In this document: piece after piece, positions 26,920-32,000 of the stretch
Position numbering within the stretch: the first letter of the stretch is position 1
How the letters are laid out: each line of letters opens with the position of its first letter
NCBI RefSeq assembly: GCF_000012465.1
Contig: NC_007335.2
Location: 630,001 to 662,000 of the forward strand
Reading direction: 5' to 3'
Origin: Prochlorococcus marinus str. NATL2A
GTDB taxonomy: Bacteria; Cyanobacteriota; Cyanobacteriia; PCC-6307; Cyanobiaceae
Length of the DNA: 32,000 bases
Program-made: the position numbers and the translations under genes
The notes under the pieces: model-generated
The model's input: only the letters and a program-made list of their open reading frames with translations
Database searches by the model: none
What the model was told of the DNA's origin: nothing

Positions 26920-27663
26920 ATGGGTAACTTGTCTTTTGTTGGGGGTACTTGGGTTAATGCTTTTTTGATTAATTTCTTGTTGATATTTTTGGGACAAAGG
27001 CTTCCATTTTTAACTAAGAAAGGTTGGATTCATGCTGGAGTACTTGGAACACTTTTATTAGGATCTATTGGTTGGAATGGTTGGATATCAGTTTGTGTAT
27101 ATCTCTTGTTGGGGACATTAGTTACAAAAATTGGATATAAAAATAAGGCTTCCCGAGGTATTGCTGAAGCCAGAGGTGGTAAACGTGGCCCTGAAAATGT
27201 TTGGGGTTCTGCAGCAACAGGCTGCTCACTCGCATTATTAAGTTGTTTTTGGCCAAATTTTTTAAATTTATTCATGGTGGGTTTTGCTTCTAGTTTCAGT
27301 GCAAAACTCTCCGATACCTTTTCAAGTGAAATTGGCAAAAGATTTGGTAAAAGAACTTTTCTAATTACGACTTTAAAGCCAGTATCACCAGGAACAGAGG
27401 GGGCAATAAGCATCGAAGGTTCGATAGCTGGTTTGCTAGGAAGTTTTATCATGACTGTGTTTATGCTTAATCTATCGATCATTTCTGGACTATCTGTTGC
27501 TTTTATAGTCTTCTTATCTGGCTATTTAGCAACTTTTTTGGAAAGTTATATTGGAGCAATGGTACAAAATAAGATTAATTGGATGACTAATGAATTAGTT
27601 AACTCTATCCAGACATCTATAGCCGCTATTATTTCTATCTTTTTATATTTGAATTTTGTTTGA
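26920..27663 (+). CDS. DUF92/TMEM19-family integral membrane protein (family of plant VTE6 phytyl-phosphate kinase)
   Basis: It has about 6-7 TM helices. The loop RGGKRGPENVWGS and the block SSFSAKLSDTFSSEIGK are characteristic of DUF92. Confidence 0.65.
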   Translation: MGNLSFVGGTWVNAFLINFLLIFLGQRLPFLTKKGWIHAGVLGTLLLGSIGWNGWISVCVYLLLGTLVTKIGYKNKASRGIAEARGGKRGPENVWGSAATGCSLALLSCFWPNFLNLFMVGFASSFSAKLSDTFSSEIGKRFGKRTFLITTLKPVSPGTEGAISIEGSIAGLLGSFIMTVFMLNLSIISGLSVAFIVFLSGYLATFLESYIGAMVQNKINWMTNELVNSIQTSIAAIISIFLYLNFV

Positions 27664-27668
27664 AATAT

Positions 27669-28316
27669 TTATTTTAAATCAGCCCAATTCTTTAATGCTG
27701 GCCATTCATTAATTTGGTCATAAATCCATTTATGACCCTTAGTATTCAGATGTATTCCATCTGTTGAGAGTAATTCTTTAAATGATAATAAGTTGATCAT
27801 TTTTTTATGAATTGATAAAAACGGGACATTTAATTCTAAGCAAGTTTCTTCAATTTTATTTTCATACTTAGAACAAGCTAGATTTGAATACCAAAGACAT
27901 TCTGCAAAAGGCATTGAGTCTTCATTAACAGGAGTTAATCCAAGAACCATTATATTTACTTCATTCTTAATTTCATTTACTAATTGTTTTAAGCCAAATT
28001 TAAAAGCGTCCTCGCTAAGTTGTGGTCTTCCATCTTTTCTTCCAATTTTAGCTGTATCATTTAAACCAATTGATAGTAAAATACCTTCAGGAACTTTTCT
28101 CCTTAATTCTCCCCTTGTTGCCCACTCATTCTTATATCTTATAGCAACTTTCTCTAATCCATCTCCTCTTACTCCGAGGGAATAAATGATAGGGGCTCCA
28201 TCTATATTTAACCAGTTTTGTCTTAATCTTTCAGACCATCCGCCTCCTTCTAGATCTCCCCATCCGTAAACCCCACTATCTCCAAGTATGATTAATTTTT
28301 TCTGATATTTATTCAT
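27669..28316 (-). CDS. SGNH/GDSL-family hydrolase
   Basis: Block I is IILGDSGVYG, block III is SIGLNDTA (GxND) and block V is DGIHLN (DxxH). Confidence 0.8.
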   Translation of the reverse strand: MNKYQKKLIILGDSGVYGWGDLEGGGWSERLRQNWLNIDGAPIIYSLGVRGDGLEKVAIRYKNEWATRGELRRKVPEGILLSIGLNDTAKIGRKDGRPQLSEDAFKFGLKQLVNEIKNEVNIMVLGLTPVNEDSMPFAECLWYSNLACSKYENKIEETCLELNVPFLSIHKKMINLLSFKELLSTDGIHLNTKGHKWIYDQINEWPALKNWADLK

Positions 28317-28341
28317 AAGTCTATATGTTGAATAAAAATAA

Positions 28342-29892
28342 CTAACTAATGAAATTGTTGGTTGAATTGTTTAACCAATAATTTTGAGAAGTGTTAAATA
28401 AAAATTCTCCTGAAATTGTTAATAAAGAGAAAGTAGCAGTTATTATCATAACTTGTGCCCAATCGAATGAGCTTAGTGATTCCTGTAATTGCCACCCTAA
28501 TCCTACTCCTCCGACTGCTCCTATAATTGCTGTTTCCTTTAGGATTACGTCACTTCTGTATGCTCCATAAGCTAAGTAACTATTACTTTGGGGGGCTAAT
28601 ATTCCATAAAGCGTTGCTGATTGCTTGCTTGAACCATTGCTTTTAATCGCTCCATAAATACTTTTTTCTTGATTTAGTATGTTATCTGTAAGTAACCTTC
28701 CCATGACTCCCATATGTGTAATTCCAAGTGATAATGCGGCTACAGATATACTAGGATTAGTAAAAAGAAGAATAAGTATAGTGGTCAATGGAGGAGGTAT
28801 CAATCTAAAGAAGATCCAAATAAGATTTTGAACTTTTAGAGAGAATTTACCTGGAAATAATACTAGTAAAAGTGGAGGTGTCCCTATTGCAATCCCAGAG
28901 GCAAATAAAGTTACTAAAATTGTTGTAATAATTAGTTTAAACAGAGTTAAGTTATTAAATCCATTTCTTATCTCTACGAATGAAGGTAAATTTAAATACG
29001 AAAAGCTTAATGGAGTAAATAACTCAAAATTTAGATTATAAAGCAAACCAATACCTAACGATAGAGATAGTGTAAATATTGAGATTGAAATTAAGAAAGA
29101 ATTTTTTAAACTAATATTGTCAGATAAATAACTTCTAGAAAATCTTATAAATTTCTCTAATAAAATTATTACTAACCAAAGCATCCACAAACAAGTCCAC
29201 ATCTCATTGAACTCAAAGGATTTTAAAGTTAAATATAGTTCTGTTCCTATACCTCCTAATCCAAATATTCCAAGTAATGTTACACCCCTAATTGCACATT
29301 CAAATCTGTAACTTCCATATGTAGATACGATAGGTATTAACTTTGGTAGTAGAATAGTTATAAATGAGCCCATAATATTAGATCCAGTTTGCTTAATTGC
29401 TATTAGAGGTTGTATGTCAAAACTATCTAGTTGCTCTGAAATTACTCTTGCTGTTAAGGCTGAATAGGGAATGACTATAGATATAATTGCCACCCAAATA
29501 TTCAAACCTAAAATTTGAATAAATAGCAAGCCCCAAACTACTTCATGTATTGATCTTGGAATTGCTAATGAGTATTTTATGAATTTACCTAAATAAGAAA
29601 ATTTAGGAATACGTTTCCAAAATAAATCTGTAGATAGTACACCTAAAACAATTCCAATAAGCATACTTATAACCCAGCTAGTTAAAGCAGTAGCAATTGT
29701 TATTTGAAGTCCTTCCCATGCGCTTTTTACTACTTCTTGATTAAACGATGGTTTTATTGCTGAGCTTAAGAATTGAAATATGATATTTAGACCCCCAATA
29801 TGAAATCCTTTGATGATTTCTATTAGAATGGGAATGTAGGCTATTGATGGAATTAATGTTAATAAAGTTGATACTGGTTTTATTAATTTCAT
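28342..29892 (-). CDS. phnE: phosphonate ABC transporter permease (duplicated/fused PhnE, 516 aa)
   Basis: It is polytopic with two repeated permease halves, each carrying an EAA-like loop region. It lies immediately downstream of phnC (6-nt gap) in phnD-phnC-phnE order. Confidence 0.8.
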   Translation of the reverse strand: MKLIKPVSTLLTLIPSIAYIPILIEIIKGFHIGGLNIIFQFLSSAIKPSFNQEVVKSAWEGLQITIATALTSWVISMLIGIVLGVLSTDLFWKRIPKFSYLGKFIKYSLAIPRSIHEVVWGLLFIQILGLNIWVAIISIVIPYSALTARVISEQLDSFDIQPLIAIKQTGSNIMGSFITILLPKLIPIVSTYGSYRFECAIRGVTLLGIFGLGGIGTELYLTLKSFEFNEMWTCLWMLWLVIILLEKFIRFSRSYLSDNISLKNSFLISISIFTLSLSLGIGLLYNLNFELFTPLSFSYLNLPSFVEIRNGFNNLTLFKLIITTILVTLFASGIAIGTPPLLLVLFPGKFSLKVQNLIWIFFRLIPPPLTTILILLFTNPSISVAALSLGITHMGVMGRLLTDNILNQEKSIYGAIKSNGSSKQSATLYGILAPQSNSYLAYGAYRSDVILKETAIIGAVGGVGLGWQLQESLSSFDWAQVMIITATFSLLTISGEFLFNTSQNYWLNNSTNNFIS

Positions 29893-29898
29893 TATGAA

Positions 29899-30633
29899 TT
29901 AAAATAGCCAATCAAGCTCTGATTGATTAATATTATGAATTTGTCTATCTATTACAATCTCTCCATCTTTTAACCCAATAACTCTATTGAAATTATTTAT
30001 TAAATGAATTTGGTGAAGACTTATAAGTATGGTCTCAGGGATTTTAATTCTAAGATAATTTTTTTGATTTATAAATAAATTTAAGATATTTTTTGATAAT
30101 AGAGGGTCTAAATTTGAGAAAGGTTCGTCTCCAAGCAAGATCTCTGGTTCTTGTCTTAAAAGACGTGCAATTGCTATTCTTTTTTTCTGACCACCAGAAA
30201 GTTTATTTACATAGGAATAAATAGTTTTTTTTGGGAGAGAGACCGCTGCTAGGCAGTCTTGGCATAAACCTGTATCTATGACTCCTAGGAGATTTTTTAA
30301 AGCCCATATGAAATTGTGTTTACCTAATGCACCGCAGTTTATATTCTGAGCGACATTTAGCTCTTCTATTAAAGATAAATCCTGCCATATAGTTCCTATT
30401 TTTGAGTACTCAATATTTGAGATATTGTTAATGTGAAAACCTTTCCATATTACATCTCCTTCGTTCGGGATTAGTGATCCATTCGCGATCGAGATTAATG
30501 TACTTTTGCCGGAGCCACTCTTGCCGATAAGCGCTATCTTCTCACCTTGATTTATTGTTAAATTAATATCTTTTACTCTAATGCTTTCTTTACTCCTATG
30601 GCTTATATTCTTTAATTCTAGTAACTTAGTCAC
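29899..30633 (-). CDS. phnC: phosphonate ABC transporter ATP-binding protein
   Basis: Walker A is GKSGSGKST, the signature is LSGGQKKR and Walker B is LLGDEP. The GTG start overlaps the phnD stop (GTGA). Confidence 0.8.
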   Translation of the reverse strand: MTKLLELKNISHRSKESIRVKDINLTINQGEKIALIGKSGSGKSTLISIANGSLIPNEGDVIWKGFHINNISNIEYSKIGTIWQDLSLIEELNVAQNINCGALGKHNFIWALKNLLGVIDTGLCQDCLAAVSLPKKTIYSYVNKLSGGQKKRIAIARLLRQEPEILLGDEPFSNLDPLLSKNILNLFINQKNYLRIKIPETILISLHQIHLINNFNRVIGLKDGEIVIDRQIHNINQSELDWLF

Positions 30634-31541
30634 TTAATCTTTCCAATTGTTCTGCCTACCTTTTCTATTTGATTATAATTCTCGTTTTTTGATATTATAA
30701 ATTCCTTTGCGCTAAATAATTCAAGAATTTTTTTTTGTTTTTTTGACTTTTCATTGAAACGTAAAAATACATTTGTAAGGTCTTTCGTAAAACCTTTTTT
30801 GAACTTTTTATCTAGGTTTCCTTGAGCAATCCAATGATAATTATGATAAGAAGGAGTCTTCCAAATCACAAAGACTTTTGAGGGATCTACACGTCCACTC
30901 TCAAGATTTCTTTTCCATACTTCTTCGCTAAGAGCACCTGCCTCATATGAACCACTTTGCACAAGCATTAATGTTGCATCGTGGCTACCACTAAAGCCTG
31001 GGCTTGCACCTTTGAAATCTTTAAGTTGCAAACCTGCTTTGTTTAAAAAATATTGGGGCATCAATCTTCCTGATGTTGAACTTTCAGAGCCAAAAGTAAA
31101 ACGCTTGTCTTTTAGTGTTTTTAAGTCATTTATGTTATTTATTTTTTGGATTGAACTTTTCTTGTTTGCGATAAAAACACTATGGAATTTTTCATCAATA
31201 TCTCGTTGTGCTATTACCTTGGATCCTTTGCTTTGAAGTCTTGCTTGTACACCCGTTAAAGCACCGAACCATACTAAATCTAAATCTCCGGTCCTAAAAG
31301 CTGTTACAGCTGCAGCATAATTAGTAACTGGTTTATAACGGACCTGAACATTGAGCTGCTCGCTTAATTCAGAGGATAAAACCTTATATAAACGATTGAG
31401 GTGCTCTGGGTTTTGATCTGGTATTGCCCCAATATGAAGGATCTCTTCTGCTTTTAATGAACCAATAGAAAATAAATTAGATACTGATAAAACTGCAATA
31501 GCTATTTTTATAAGTTTTATTCCTCTTATCTTTTGATTCAT
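30630..31541 (-). CDS. phnD: phosphonate/phosphite ABC transporter periplasmic substrate-binding protein
   Basis: A signal peptide (IAIAVLSVSNLFSIGSLKA) is followed by LHIGAIPDQNPE and the DLVWFGALTG blocks typical of PhnD-type binding proteins. Gene order with phnC and phnE agrees. Confidence 0.8.
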   Translation of the reverse strand: MNQKIRGIKLIKIAIAVLSVSNLFSIGSLKAEEILHIGAIPDQNPEHLNRLYKVLSSELSEQLNVQVRYKPVTNYAAAVTAFRTGDLDLVWFGALTGVQARLQSKGSKVIAQRDIDEKFHSVFIANKKSSIQKINNINDLKTLKDKRFTFGSESSTSGRLMPQYFLNKAGLQLKDFKGASPGFSGSHDATLMLVQSGSYEAGALSEEVWKRNLESGRVDPSKVFVIWKTPSYHNYHWIAQGNLDKKFKKGFTKDLTNVFLRFNEKSKKQKKILELFSAKEFIISKNENYNQIEKVGRTIGKIK

Positions 31542-31546
31542 TCTTT

Positions 31547-32000
31547 TTAAAAATCATTTAATAGTCTTTCTAGCCTATTAACTCCATCTTCGATCATTTT
31601 ATTTGAAGCTGCGTATGAGATTCTTATACATTTGTCATCTCCAAAAGCAATCCCTGGAACTATTGCTAGACCGACCTTTTCTAGTGCCAATTTGCAGAAA
31701 CTTATTGAATCGATCTCCTCTAGATTAATTTCTGGGAAAACATAGAAAGCTCCATTGGGAGGGACAAAAGAAATATGTTTTATTTTTTTTAGTCTTTCTG
31801 TTATTAATAACCTCCTTTTGTTATAAATATTTGCCATTTCATGAACGCAATCTTTTGAGCCTTGAAGTGCTGCAATAGCCCCTTTTTGAGCAAAACTACA
31901 TACATTGCTTGTACTTTGACTTTGTAAAGCAATGGCTTTCTTTATTACCTCGGCGTTTCCTGTTAAGTAGCCAATCCTCCAACCAGTCATTGCCCACGCC
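31547..32000 (-). CDS. class I/II PLP aminotransferase (aspartate aminotransferase-like), C-terminal part; N-terminus off-window
   Basis: MTGWRIGYLTGN (the post-lysine GWRIGY block), QSQSTSNVCSFAQ and AFYVFP are typical of AspC-type aminotransferases. The frame continues to the window edge. Confidence 0.8.
   Translation of the reverse strand, partial: AWAMTGWRIGYLTGNAEVIKKAIALQSQSTSNVCSFAQKGAIAALQGSKDCVHEMANIYNKRRLLITERLKKIKHISFVPPNGAFYVFPEINLEEIDSISFCKLALEKVGLAIVPGIAFGDDKCIRISYAASNKMIEDGVNRLERLLNDF

Noticed and set aside
26903-26968. 21-codon upstream ORF (MLNRNRWVTCLLLGVLGLMLF) overlapping the DUF92 gene start out of frame
   Set aside because: It is very short with no supporting signal. 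It is most likely a chance ORF, and it could at most matter for choosing the DUF92 start.
23447-27482. Antisense ORFs 23447-23770(-), 25189-25374(+) and 27030-27482(-, 150 aa), plus 31012-31236(+) further on
   Set aside because: Each is opposite a gene with clear family features (J-like membrane protein, ABC ATPase, DUF92, PhnD). The 150-aa one is long, but its sequence is compositionally the mirror of a TM-rich gene. I would reconsider only with ribosome-profiling evidence.

Overview
This is an AT-rich, densely packed chromosomal segment. Its gene content points to a marine picocyanobacterium, most likely a Prochlorococcus-type genome (inference from sequence only). That content includes phnD-phnC-phnE, the B12-dependent class II ribonucleotide reductase nrdJ, long-form CbiX, Hsp33 and RF3. 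It also includes cyanobacteria/plastid-specific families: DUF2811-like, DUF3531-like, CPP1-like J-like membrane protein, DUF92/VTE6-like and a lumenal pentapeptide-repeat protein. I can support about 33 CDS (two run off the window edges), one tRNA-Ser(UGA), a tandem NrdR-box pair upstream of nrdJ, and a few repeats and hairpins. I see no rRNA, CRISPR array, transposase, integrase or obvious prophage or defence genes, and most of the window is ordinary core metabolism. The most interesting region is 1.1-6.2 kb. There an ArsS-type radical-SAM gene sits in a likely operon with a StpA/GgpP-type sugar-glycerol-phosphate phosphatase. Divergent from these are a GpsA-like protein with a degenerate dinucleotide loop and an APH-fold (sugar-kinase-like) kinase. 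No GgpS glycosyltransferase or ArsM is present in the window. I propose this as a candidate for the unassigned downstream steps of glycerol-arsenosugar biosynthesis, or alternatively a novel heteroside solute pathway. This is inference, not demonstrated. Secondary observations are listed as separate findings: an FAD-linked oxidase without a canonical start codon, a direct repeat in a divergent promoter, a perfect 13-bp hairpin and small ORFs around the tRNA, a long non-coding gap with twin motifs, and frequent non-ATG starts. All family calls rest on motifs I recognise by eye and memory. No database search was run.
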